A stretch of DNA of 64,000 nucleotides from Patescibacteria group bacterium (GTDB lineage: Bacteria; Patescibacteriota; Microgenomatia; UM-FILTER-40-11), in assembly GCA_035530075.1 (NCBI GenBank), contig DATKVM010000004.1, positions 2,132-66,131 of the forward strand. The letters run 5' to 3'. How positions within the stretch are numbered: the first letter of the stretch is position 1; each line of letters begins with the position of its first letter. The position numbers and the translations under genes are program-made. The notes below the pieces were generated by a model. That model searched no databases. It worked only from the letters and a program-made list of their open reading frames with translations, and was not told the origin of the DNA. Below are positions 18,555-27,241 of the stretch, in pieces.

Positions 18555-19919
18555 TTAAGGCAAAAAGGACTTGACAAAATTGCCAACCTTTCCAGCCAAA
18601 CCTCTAATGGGGATCTTCCGACCGATTTCTCCCAATTTAGAGAAACCGTTGACGGAAGAAAGGGAATCGTCTTTCTTGCTCCCGTAAAGAAGTAAACCGA
18701 TGACGGAAGCAAAAGAAGGATCCATAATATCATCGATAAGCCCGCTAACTTGGCCCGGCATCCCCACTCTCACCGGCAAAGATAAGCTCTTGCGACAAGT
18801 ATCGGTTGCCCCAATTGTCATTGCCCCTCCCCCAGCCAAAACAATGCCTGAAGGAGTTAAACCGGCAAAACCACTTCTCTGAATCTCAGCCGCCACCATA
18901 CCAAAAATCTCATTCAACCGCGGCTTAATAATTCCTTCTACCAGAGTTTTTTTGGACACTTTTTTGGTTTCTTCATAAATTCCCAATCGATTTAAATCAA
19001 TCTCATCCTCTTTTCTCTCTCCTTCTTTTTTCTCCTCACTTTTTTTATTTTTTTCTTCGCTCTTTTCCCCTTTGTCTGTCTCTTCTTCCAATAACCGTCC
19101 CTCAAAAATGGGAACTTTTTCTTTTACTTTATCCGAAAGAGCCACTTTTAACCTTTCCGCTCCTTCTATAGAAAGCCGCAAACCAATCGCTAAATCATTA
19201 GTAACATTTCTAGCCCCAATTGGCAGGACGGCCGTATAAGCCGGGGCGCCGTCCAGGAAAACCACCACACTGGTTGTCCCTCCACCGATATCTACTAAAA
19301 CTACTCCCAATTCTTTTTCCGTTTCCGTTAGCACTGTCTCCGCCGCCGCCACGCCGGAAAAAACCAGCCCTTCAATGTTAGCTCCCACTTCAGAAACGCA
19401 TTTAGTCAAATTTTTAATCGCGGTATTGGAACCAGTTATAATGTGAGTCTCTACTTCCAACCGCACTCCGCTCATCCCGACTGGGTCCGCCACTCCCTCT
19501 TGAGAATCAACCGCATAAGTGCGAGGAATAACATGAAGAATTTCCCGCGAAGAGGGCAAAGAAATCGCTCGCGCCGCTTCAATTACCCGTCGAACATCCT
19601 CAGGAGTAATTTCTCCCTGAGGCTCGGCCACCGCGACAATCCCATGAGAATTTTGCGAGGCAATATGAGCTCCACCAACAGAAACCAGGGTTTTAGATAA
19701 GGAAAAACCGGCCATTCTCTCCGCCGCTTCGACGCTTTTGACAATTGTATCCGCCGCCTCCTCAATATTAACGATTTGGCCCTTTCTCACCCCTAAAGAA
19801 GGAATAGAAGAAGCCCCAACAACATTAATTCTTTCTCTGCTTTCGTCAACTTGCCCAATTAAAGTGGCAATTTTCGTGCTGCCAACATCAATGGCAGCAA
19901 TAATTCTGCTTCGATTCAT
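18555..19919 (-). CDS. ftsA: Cell division protein FtsA, with a K/E-rich low-complexity insertion
   Basis: The protein has an actin-like ATPase fold with a DVGS phosphate-1 motif (IAAIDVGSTKI) and a VDIGGGTT phosphate-2 motif. The inserted segment reads EEETDKGEKSEEKNKKSEEKKEGERKEDE. Confidence 0.85.
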   Translation of the reverse strand: MNRSRIIAAIDVGSTKIATLIGQVDESRERINVVGASSIPSLGVRKGQIVNIEEAADTIVKSVEAAERMAGFSLSKTLVSVGGAHIASQNSHGIVAVAEPQGEITPEDVRRVIEAARAISLPSSREILHVIPRTYAVDSQEGVADPVGMSGVRLEVETHIITGSNTAIKNLTKCVSEVGANIEGLVFSGVAAAETVLTETEKELGVVLVDIGGGTTSVVVFLDGAPAYTAVLPIGARNVTNDLAIGLRLSIEGAERLKVALSDKVKEKVPIFEGRLLEEETDKGEKSEEKNKKSEEKKEGERKEDEIDLNRLGIYEETKKVSKKTLVEGIIKPRLNEIFGMVAAEIQRSGFAGLTPSGIVLAGGGAMTIGATDTCRKSLSLPVRVGMPGQVSGLIDDIMDPSFASVIGLLLYGSKKDDSLSSVNGFSKLGEIGRKIPIRGLAGKVGNFVKSFLP

Positions 19920-19964
19920 CTTTCCTTAGCTTATCTTTTAGGTTATTTTATCTCTAATAAAGAA

Positions 19965-20025
19965 TTTATCCTTAATAAAGGATTTATCCTTATAAAGGAT
20001 TTTACCCAGATAAAGAAACGGTTGT
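19965..20025. repeat. Three tandem roughly 18-bp direct repeats in the ftsA / amrBA divergent promoter region
   Basis: The units are TAATAAAGAATTTATCCT, TAATAAAGGATTTATCCT and TATAAAGGATTTTACCC. Confidence 0.5.
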
Positions 20026-20070
20026 AAAGTAGTTTCTAAGAAAAACATCAAGATAGGTTCAGTGTAGCAT

Positions 20071-21618
20071 ATGAAGAAAAGAAAAACACTTTTTTACTTT
20101 TGCTTGCTTTTATGGTTCAGCCTGCTACTATCTTACTTAGTGATTAGCAAAATCAAAAAGAAACCAGCTCCGACAGCCGAAATCTTTACCCGAACCCCCA
20201 CCTTTGCCGGCTCTTTTTATCCGGTTGAACCCCAAAACTTAAAAACCAAAATTACTTCTCTTCTTAACCAAGCTCCTCGGTTGGAGAGAAAAGGCAAACT
20301 GCAGATTTTAATCGTTCCCCACGCCGGCCTTGATTATTCCGGGCCGATTGCCGCCGCCGGTTTTAAGCAATTAGGGGGAACTGACTATCAACGGGTAATT
20401 CTTTTGGGCACCAGTCACCGGGCTTTTTTTGAAGGAATCGCGGTTTTCGACCAAGGCGCCTGGGAAACGCCATTGAAAAAAACAATAATCGATGAAGATC
20501 TGGCTAAAAAATTGGTATCTCCCAACGAAGGCATCGTGGCTAACCCTCCCGTCCATCGCGAGGAACATTCTCTGGAAGTCCAATTGCCGTTTTTACAGAC
20601 CGTTCTTCCCCAAGCTAAAATTGTTCCCATTCTTATTGGCCAGCCAACAAAGGAGACTCTTGCCTCTCTGGCTCAAAAAATCGCCGATAACCTCGATTCC
20701 TTCACTCTCCTCCTAATTAGCTCCGACCTTTCTCATTATCCGCCTTATAAAGTTGCCAATCAGGTAGATAAAAAAACCACTCAAGCCGTTGTTTCCGGCC
20801 AAGCGGAGAATTTAGAAAAGAGCTTAACCGAAGCTGAAAGCCAACATTATCCTGGCTTGGATACCTGCGCTTGCGGTTATCAGGCAATTTTAGTTGCCCT
20901 CCAAGCAGCGGAGAAGTTAAATAATTTCAATTTTGAGGAAATAAAATACGCTAATTCGGGTGACATTACCGGCGAGAAAGAACAAGTTGTCGGTTACGCC
21001 GCAATTGGCGGCTGGCGGCGAAATAATCCCTCCAGCTTAACGCTTGACCAGAAAGCCCAGGAAGAAGCCCTTGCTCTGGCCCGCCAAACTCTCAAGGCTC
21101 ATCTTTCCGGTTTACCTCTCCGAACCCCGCCAAAGGCGGGGGAAGGGGGACCCAGATCCCCCATTCTTCTCAAACCACTCGGAGCCTTCGTTACTCTGAA
21201 AAAAAACGGCGAGCTGCGCGGTTGTATTGGTGAATTTGAACCGAAAGTGCCGCTTTGGCAAGTAATTCAAAAGATGAGTATCGCGGCGGCGACCGAAGAC
21301 CCACGCTTCCCTAAAGTCACCGCCGAGGAACTCCCCGACATTGAAATCGAGATTTCCGTGATGACTCCCCGGAAGAAAATTGATAATTGGGAAAAAATAA
21401 GATTGGGGGTTGACGGTGTAATGATGCAATACGGCAATCGAGGAGGCACTTTCCTTCCCCAAGTGGCGACAGAAACCGGCTGGAGTTTAGAAGAATTCTT
21501 AAGCCAACTTTGCTTCCAAAAAGCCGGTCTGCCACCCCATTGTTATAAAAGCCCCCAAACAAATCTTTATACTTTCGAGGTTCAAATTCTTAAAGAAAGA
21601 TCAGAGATCATCCCCTAA
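20071..21618 (+). CDS. Fusion protein: AmmeMemoRadiSam system protein B (Memo-like) N-terminal and AMMECR1 domain (AmrA) C-terminal, with an N-terminal TM anchor
   Basis: AGSFYP...ILIVPHAGLDYSG matches the Memo/AmrB family. The C-terminal half (GAFVTLKKNGELRGCIGEFEP) matches the AMMECR1 core. A hydrophobic helix is at residues 7-27. Confidence 0.75.
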   Translation: MKKRKTLFYFCLLLWFSLLLSYLVISKIKKKPAPTAEIFTRTPTFAGSFYPVEPQNLKTKITSLLNQAPRLERKGKLQILIVPHAGLDYSGPIAAAGFKQLGGTDYQRVILLGTSHRAFFEGIAVFDQGAWETPLKKTIIDEDLAKKLVSPNEGIVANPPVHREEHSLEVQLPFLQTVLPQAKIVPILIGQPTKETLASLAQKIADNLDSFTLLLISSDLSHYPPYKVANQVDKKTTQAVVSGQAENLEKSLTEAESQHYPGLDTCACGYQAILVALQAAEKLNNFNFEEIKYANSGDITGEKEQVVGYAAIGGWRRNNPSSLTLDQKAQEEALALARQTLKAHLSGLPLRTPPKAGEGGPRSPILLKPLGAFVTLKKNGELRGCIGEFEPKVPLWQVIQKMSIAAATEDPRFPKVTAEELPDIEIEISVMTPRKKIDNWEKIRLGVDGVMMQYGNRGGTFLPQVATETGWSLEEFLSQLCFQKAGLPPHCYKSPQTNLYTFEVQILKERSEIIP

Positions 21619-21671
21619 TTTGATTTATACTTCCAGGTGGGCTATATTCGGTATTAATTGTCACTTTCGCA

Positions 21672-22793
21672 ATGATTGGAGACATTGAGCGCCGTTTAGG
21701 CAGAGACTCCTTTACCAGTCAACGAAAAAGATTCGATTTCCAGGAGGGAAACCTCTCACCAGGAATCCGTCTAGGCAGTTATTGGGCTGAAGCTCAGGCG
21801 GTTCTTGGAGCCTTAAAAGAAATAACCCCACCATCACCCGGATTTGCCAACGCCATTATTCTTCAAAACAGTGGACCAGGACCTGATTCCCTTCAAATTT
21901 ATACTCGACGGGCAGTGGACCGAAATGGCCAGACAATCCCAAACAAAATCTTGATTGGTATTGTTCATGGCCTTTCTCCTTTTGTAGATGTTGTAGTTCT
22001 TGAGGGTGAAGAATCCAGCCTTCAAAACGCCAGCGGGTATTGGCAACATCATCAGTCTGGAATTGAATATCCTATTCAAAACATCCAAGTGATTAAAGCC
22101 GGCCGATTAGAAGAAAAAGTGAGTGGTAAAAAACCAAGGGGAAGACTCCTTGTTCGCGAAGCAGCCTGGGAAAGATGGGAAGAATTAAAAACTGTTTATG
22201 ATTGGGGGGCAAAAGTCAGTCGTATCTCGCTTTTAATTCCAGCGCTGACTGTCGACCAAAACAGATTAAGAGAACAAAGTTTTTTTGACTTCTTGGAACA
22301 ATCACTGCGACGGTCAATTCTCAAAATGTCCATGGAACACGAAGAATCTTGGCGAATCGCCAGATCTCTGATTAACACCTGTGATACTGATGGATTCGTC
22401 CATAGTTCAAGAGAAGGACCGAAACCAGGAACAATCGAAATATATGGGGCAATCGACGAACGAAGATTACTTGGCAAAGTGGGAATTGTCCGAATCGTGT
22501 CTCCCCAACAAGTGCATCATTTTATTATTAGATGCCGGCTTGAGCAAGAAAACAAAGGGCCCGAATGGCAACCATTCGGTACATCAAGATACTGGTGTTC
22601 AATTGGCTTTTGGGACGGAGGTTGGATTATGTCTAGATACAAGGGGCGGGGACCAAGCCCTTCCAGAGAATGGTACACCGCCGGCCAAGGGTGGCTAAGA
22701 TGGTGCTACACCAAAAAGATTGAAGGATTAAATATCCGTTTAGACTCATTTCAGCTCCCCCCTATTCCTCCCCACATTCTCCGCCAAAGCTAA
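21672..22793 (+). CDS. Hypothetical protein, no recognisable domain, with a Trp-rich C-terminus
   Basis: A 373-aa ORF whose codon usage and GC content differ from the flanking core genes. It overlaps the following gene in convergent orientation. Confidence 0.45.
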   Translation: MIGDIERRLGRDSFTSQRKRFDFQEGNLSPGIRLGSYWAEAQAVLGALKEITPPSPGFANAIILQNSGPGPDSLQIYTRRAVDRNGQTIPNKILIGIVHGLSPFVDVVVLEGEESSLQNASGYWQHHQSGIEYPIQNIQVIKAGRLEEKVSGKKPRGRLLVREAAWERWEELKTVYDWGAKVSRISLLIPALTVDQNRLREQSFFDFLEQSLRRSILKMSMEHEESWRIARSLINTCDTDGFVHSSREGPKPGTIEIYGAIDERRLLGKVGIVRIVSPQQVHHFIIRCRLEQENKGPEWQPFGTSRYWCSIGFWDGGWIMSRYKGRGPSPSREWYTAGQGWLRWCYTKKIEGLNIRLDSFQLPPIPPHILRQS

Positions 22794-23867
22794 GGCGCTC
22801 TTATTGACTGATAATAAAAAGTAAGGATCTAAGGCTCCTAAATATTGAGGTTGACCCTCAACCTCCACGGCCGCTCCATAAACGCTAAGCGGCATTTTTA
22901 GATTATCATTAAACCACTTTTCGACCATTGTTTCATAACCCACCGCTTTGAGGATGTGTCTAAAGATATCTTGTTCTGTCCACCCAGACATGGCGACTAA
23001 CTCCTCTTCCTTTAAATCTCTCAAAGTGTCATTTGCTCCCGTAACTAAATTTCTATATGTTTTGACAATGTCTTGAATAACTAGCGGATCTCGGACACAA
23101 TAACCGACTCGAGGAAAGCAAGAAATAATAAACGAGGGTTTCGTTCTGGCAATTTTAGTGATAATATCCTTCCAAGGAAGATATGTCTCCACCACATCCA
23201 GTGGTCCGGGGTTGGGGAAAACCACCAAATCAGGCTGCACCTTCTCCCAAAGCACTTCTCTTAAATCAGCTTCCCTCGGAGTTACCGTTGAAACGTTGAA
23301 AGCCAAAAGCTCTTTAATTTTCTCAATTTTTCCCGGATCTCTCGGGTCGACAACAAATAAATCGATGGGAACTTGAGGGAAGTTTCGATTAAAAAATCCC
23401 AGCAGGCCAGCGACACCCTGGCCGTCTTCGCCACCCGCAACTCCTACTGTCAATCTCCCGCTCTCTTTCGAATGAGTCGGAATCCTGGCGATTCCAGCGA
23501 CTCTGAAAAGCTCGGTCAGCCCCTGTTCCCACCGACTCCTAGCCGCCTGGGCAATTTTATCCTGATTGGACTCAGCTACCTCACCGGCTTCCATTTCCCG
23601 GCCGTCCTGAGCCTTAACCTTCATTTCATCAATTTCCGGAAATCTTTTCATTTCCAAATATTCCGGAAAAACAGGGTCGCTCGCGGGTCTGCCTGAATTT
23701 ACCTTAGTGAGAGCAGAACACACCCTGGCGCTTGAGTCAGGAGAAAGTAAAATATAATCAGGAGAACGGGGGAGAGATTCACCATTCCAGTTCAAAGCTT
23801 TTATCTCCACTGCTCCCGGCCATATCCGGGCTGGCTCATCTGGAGTCACAATCTCTGCCTCAGTCAT
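22746..23867 (-). CDS. Hypothetical protein; a Gly-rich LTVGVAGGEDGQGVAGLLG motif is faintly CofD/YvcK-like
   Basis: A 373-aa ORF. The glycine-rich loop followed by DLFVVDPRD suggests a nucleotide or phosphate-binding fold, but I could not make a confident family assignment. Confidence 0.45.
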   Translation of the reverse strand: MTEAEIVTPDEPARIWPGAVEIKALNWNGESLPRSPDYILLSPDSSARVCSALTKVNSGRPASDPVFPEYLEMKRFPEIDEMKVKAQDGREMEAGEVAESNQDKIAQAARSRWEQGLTELFRVAGIARIPTHSKESGRLTVGVAGGEDGQGVAGLLGFFNRNFPQVPIDLFVVDPRDPGKIEKIKELLAFNVSTVTPREADLREVLWEKVQPDLVVFPNPGPLDVVETYLPWKDIITKIARTKPSFIISCFPRVGYCVRDPLVIQDIVKTYRNLVTGANDTLRDLKEEELVAMSGWTEQDIFRHILKAVGYETMVEKWFNDNLKMPLSVYGAAVEVEGQPQYLGALDPYFLLSVNKSALALAENVGRNRGELK

Positions 23868-24306
23868 TGCTTTAATTCAAAATTGTATCCTTGCTTTGAA
23901 GATATTTTCTCTTCTGCTAAAAGTCAAGCAAAAGCTCCGAAGCCTTGACATTCTTTTAACATAAAGGTCTTATCCTTACACATTTGTTACACATTGAATG
24001 CATCTCAGTTTGAGCCCTTCGATTAGCCGAAGTTAACTCAAATTCAGGACTTTTAAAACTCAAGCACGATAAACTTCCGAGGGCTTTTAACCCTCGGTAT
24101 TGATTTTAAGTTTTCAAGAGTTGGCAGGACTCTCAAACTTGTTCTTCCTTTAGGCTCGGAAGTTTGAAAGAGATTGGCATTCATTCTGCCAACTCTTATA
24201 AAAGACGCGGCCGTCGGCTTGGAGGTAATCTCTTTGCTTCCAGCCCGACGGTCTGCGTCTCTAAGGTGCGGATGTACCACGCGGGCCGGACAAAACAATA
24301 GGAGGT

Positions 24307-24999
24307 TTGGCAATGAGAGGCAAGAAGCTGCTTCTCGCCATCACCCTGGTGGCGTTTCTGAATGCCACCTTGATTACCCCCCTGGTGCTGGCCGACAGAC
24401 GGACGGACCCGGTGGAGCTTTTTCAGAACGACACCTTACCGGATGAATCCGTCGACCAGCAACCTCTCGGAACCGGCCCATTGCCGCCCCCCTACGTCTC
24501 CGGCCTATATCCACACCCTTTTTTCCCGAAATACTACCCCCAAGTCACCTGGGAGCAGGTCGGGACGTTTCTCTCAAGGGCCAAGCCCGTCACCATTCCG
24601 TTGTTCCTCTTGTGGATGACGTTTGGCCTTCAATCATCCGACAATCCCGACCTCCACCGACACACCCTGGAGGGAGAACGGGCAGACCATCGTCAGGACC
24701 TATATAGGAGACTGCCGAACAGACGACCGGATGACTGTTTAGCCAGGGATGCCGATTGGTACGACGGCAAATGGCACAGTAATGCCGTCCTACTAATCTA
24801 CTATATCCCAGGCTTCAAGTCAGGGAACCGGAGCGGCGGCATACAGTTTGTCTACAATAAAGACAATCCCGATCGCTCCACCTGCCTGGCCGGCGTCAAA
24901 CCACCGCCTCACTTCCACTGCAGTCGCGAAGATCAGCAGAGCTGGTGTCCGGAGGCAGAGGCATTCCTGATGGAGGTACCTCCAACAATACTATCCTGA
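24307..24999 (+). CDS. Hypothetical secreted protein encoded in a GC-rich (about 58%) segment
   Basis: A strong SD (AGGAGG) sits 7 nt upstream of the ATG. The protein has a signal peptide (MAMRGKKLLLAITLVAFLNATLITPLVLA) and is Pro/Trp/Cys-containing with no known domain. Its composition differs sharply from the rest of the window. Confidence 0.5.
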   Translation: MAMRGKKLLLAITLVAFLNATLITPLVLADRRTDPVELFQNDTLPDESVDQQPLGTGPLPPPYVSGLYPHPFFPKYYPQVTWEQVGTFLSRAKPVTIPLFLLWMTFGLQSSDNPDLHRHTLEGERADHRQDLYRRLPNRRPDDCLARDADWYDGKWHSNAVLLIYYIPGFKSGNRSGGIQFVYNKDNPDRSTCLAGVKPPPHFHCSREDQQSWCPEAEAFLMEVPPTILS

Positions 25000-25035
25000 C
25001 GCGTTCTAGAGGCATCTTAGTCGTGCTTGAGGCCA

Positions 25036-25081
25036 AGGAGTGCACTCCTATTCCCATTCTCTGCAGGAGTGCACTCCCCTC
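25036..25081. repeat. Two copies of the perfect palindrome GGAGTGCACTCC in the convergent gap
   Basis: AGGAGTGCACTCCT lies at 25036-25049 and GGAGTGCACTCC at 25068-25079. Both sit between the converging ends of the 24307..24999 and 25094..26098 genes. Confidence 0.6.
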
Positions 25082-25093
25082 GTTCTTTCTCAA

Positions 25094-26098
25094 TTAGAGC
25101 TTGGCGCCAACTTCCTTAAAAGCCTCAAAGAGCCCCGGAAGAAAATCGGTAAGGCTTTCTCGACCAGCAATTTTTTCTATTTCAGTCGTTGGATTAAGGC
25201 AATCTTTACTTCTAGCAATTTCCTCTCCTGCCGCTAATATTTCATCCCATTTTTGCAAACCGTCTTCAACCATATACAGAAAAAGCAAGTCCATTGCGTT
25301 CATCATTACTGCTCTCTCGTTAGGCGAAGAGTGTCTCTCGTCAATATAATCTCTCAAAGTAGGGCCAAAGGTTTCTCCTACCACGCCTCCGCCCCTAACT
25401 CCCCCGACCCAACCCATTCCTCCCAGCCAACTGAAATTATCGGTCCAAACGGGATGGTTTTCAAAAAAGTTCACCATGCTCAATTGAGAAACCCTTCGAC
25501 CGGCTACTCTTATTCCCATGCTGACTATTTCCTCTATCGCAATACCGATCGCTGCCGTATAGTCAGAATCATTAGCAACATAGATTCTAAGATCCCGTGC
25601 CAAACCCCTTCTCTCTACCCGCCTGGCAATTAAACCAGCCTTTTCTTGACTAAACTTATTATCTTCCTGCAACCAGTGACGGTAATTTTCCTCCAATCGC
25701 TGATATTCAGGCATCTTTCTAACACTAGGATCTTCTTGAAAGTCGATCCTTTCCGGATTAAGTTCTGGATTTCTGACAAAGCGGTAAATAACATCCCAAC
25801 CAATCCTTACCACCAGAGTTTTTTGGGCCATTTCTTTTGCCACCGAAGGATGTTGCCCACGATACCCCGACAGTGTCCCCCAAAAAATTAACGAACCGGC
25901 TGGTTTAAGCAAAATAATTAAATCAGGATTCCCTTCGATTAATTTTCGAAAGTTTCCTTTTAGCTCTTCTTGAAGCTCTGGTGGAATTTTTACCTCAACT
26001 GATGATTCTCTCGCCATTCGTTCCAGCGGCTGAATAGGAGCCTCTTCCGACCCAAGAGAAAAAGACGGGGCGCGTGCCTTATAATCAAGCTCGGTCAT
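25094..26098 (-). CDS. Hypothetical protein, no recognisable domain
   Basis: A 334-aa ORF, the last gene of the anomalous block, lying immediately downstream of murG. Confidence 0.45.
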   Translation of the reverse strand: MTELDYKARAPSFSLGSEEAPIQPLERMARESSVEVKIPPELQEELKGNFRKLIEGNPDLIILLKPAGSLIFWGTLSGYRGQHPSVAKEMAQKTLVVRIGWDVIYRFVRNPELNPERIDFQEDPSVRKMPEYQRLEENYRHWLQEDNKFSQEKAGLIARRVERRGLARDLRIYVANDSDYTAAIGIAIEEIVSMGIRVAGRRVSQLSMVNFFENHPVWTDNFSWLGGMGWVGGVRGGGVVGETFGPTLRDYIDERHSSPNERAVMMNAMDLLFLYMVEDGLQKWDEILAAGEEIARSKDCLNPTTEIEKIAGRESLTDFLPGLFEAFKEVGAKL

Positions 26099-26128
26099 CT
26101 TGCCCTAATTATAAGGCATACATATTGG

Positions 26129-27220
26129 TTACATCAGTTCTTCGACTTCAAAGAGGATTCTTGCAGTGGCGTCAACCTCGATCTTAGGAGAAGCGGGGGA
26201 AACCTTCTTGCTTGACAAATTTTTCTCAAATTCCAAAATTGTTTCCCAAAGCTTACCTGCCTCCAAATCCTTTTGAGGCAAAATTATCCCCAAACCGGCC
26301 GCCACCAGCACTTTGGCATTTTCTTCTTGCTCATTGCCGCTCGCCCAAGGAATGGGGATTAAAATCGCCGGCTTTTTCAAAGCCAAAAGCTCATAAACCG
26401 TATGGGCCCCGGCTCGGGAAATGATAAAATCCGCTGTTCGGAAAACTGAGCCAATTTCGTCTTCAAAAAAATATTCTTTCACCAGATAATCTTCTCCCTT
26501 GTCGCCTAAGTTTTCCTTAATCTCCCTCGCTTTTTTTATATCATTAAAAAGGGTGGTCGAGCCGCATTGATGGATAACATTAAATCTTTCCAACAACTGA
26601 GGCAGAATGGCAAAAACAGCCTCGTTAATTACGTGGGCCCCCTGTTTGCCGCCAGTAATATAAATCGTTTTTTTGGCATTTTGGAAAAGTTTTTTACCCT
26701 TTTTTAAAATCTCCCTTCTTATTGGCAAACCAGTCACTACTACCTTTTCTTGGGGAAAATATTTACTCGAAGAAGGGTAGGTAATAAAAACCTTTTTAGC
26801 AATTTTGGCAATCATCTTATTCGCCCAACCGGAAACGGTTGTTTGCTCATGAGTCACCACTGGAATACCAAGAAGCCAGCCGGAATAAGCCACCGGCAGA
26901 GCCAAATAGCCACCGAAGGAAAAAATCAAATCCGGCTTAATTTTTTTGAGACCGACAAAACTTTGCCAAAAGCCCAAAGGAATTCGGAGTAGATTAGACC
27001 AAAATTGATAACGGGGCTGGAATTTACCGGCTTTGATTTCGGTGAAAGGAAAACCCTTTTGAGTTACTTCCAAATATTCGGCGCTAGGATTTTCATCGCC
27101 AATCATTGAATATTTATGACCAAACCAAAAAACCTGATGGCCTTTCTCCCGCAAACCCTCTGCCACTACCAAAGCGCTGTTATGATGACCCCCGCAAAAC
27201 ACTATTTTCTTTTGATACAT
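26129..27220 (-). CDS. murG: UDP-GlcNAc:undecaprenyl-PP-MurNAc-pentapeptide GlcNAc transferase
   Basis: The protein has the GT28 two-domain architecture, with N-terminal VFCGGHHNSAL and C-terminal ISRAGAHTVYELLALKKPAILIP motifs. It lies at the dcw-cluster position. Confidence 0.85.
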   Translation of the reverse strand: MYQKKIVFCGGHHNSALVVAEGLREKGHQVFWFGHKYSMIGDENPSAEYLEVTQKGFPFTEIKAGKFQPRYQFWSNLLRIPLGFWQSFVGLKKIKPDLIFSFGGYLALPVAYSGWLLGIPVVTHEQTTVSGWANKMIAKIAKKVFITYPSSSKYFPQEKVVVTGLPIRREILKKGKKLFQNAKKTIYITGGKQGAHVINEAVFAILPQLLERFNVIHQCGSTTLFNDIKKAREIKENLGDKGEDYLVKEYFFEDEIGSVFRTADFIISRAGAHTVYELLALKKPAILIPIPWASGNEQEENAKVLVAAGLGIILPQKDLEAGKLWETILEFEKNLSSKKVSPASPKIEVDATARILFEVEELM

Positions 27221-27241
27221 TTGATGCTTTTGATACTTTTA

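Noticed and set aside
24053-24446. ORFs of 86 aa (minus) and 90 aa (plus) across the structured intergenic region
   Set aside because: They lie over the dyad-symmetry region and the start of the SD-supported secreted-protein gene. Their Arg/Gly-rich translations look like GC-rich non-coding read-through.
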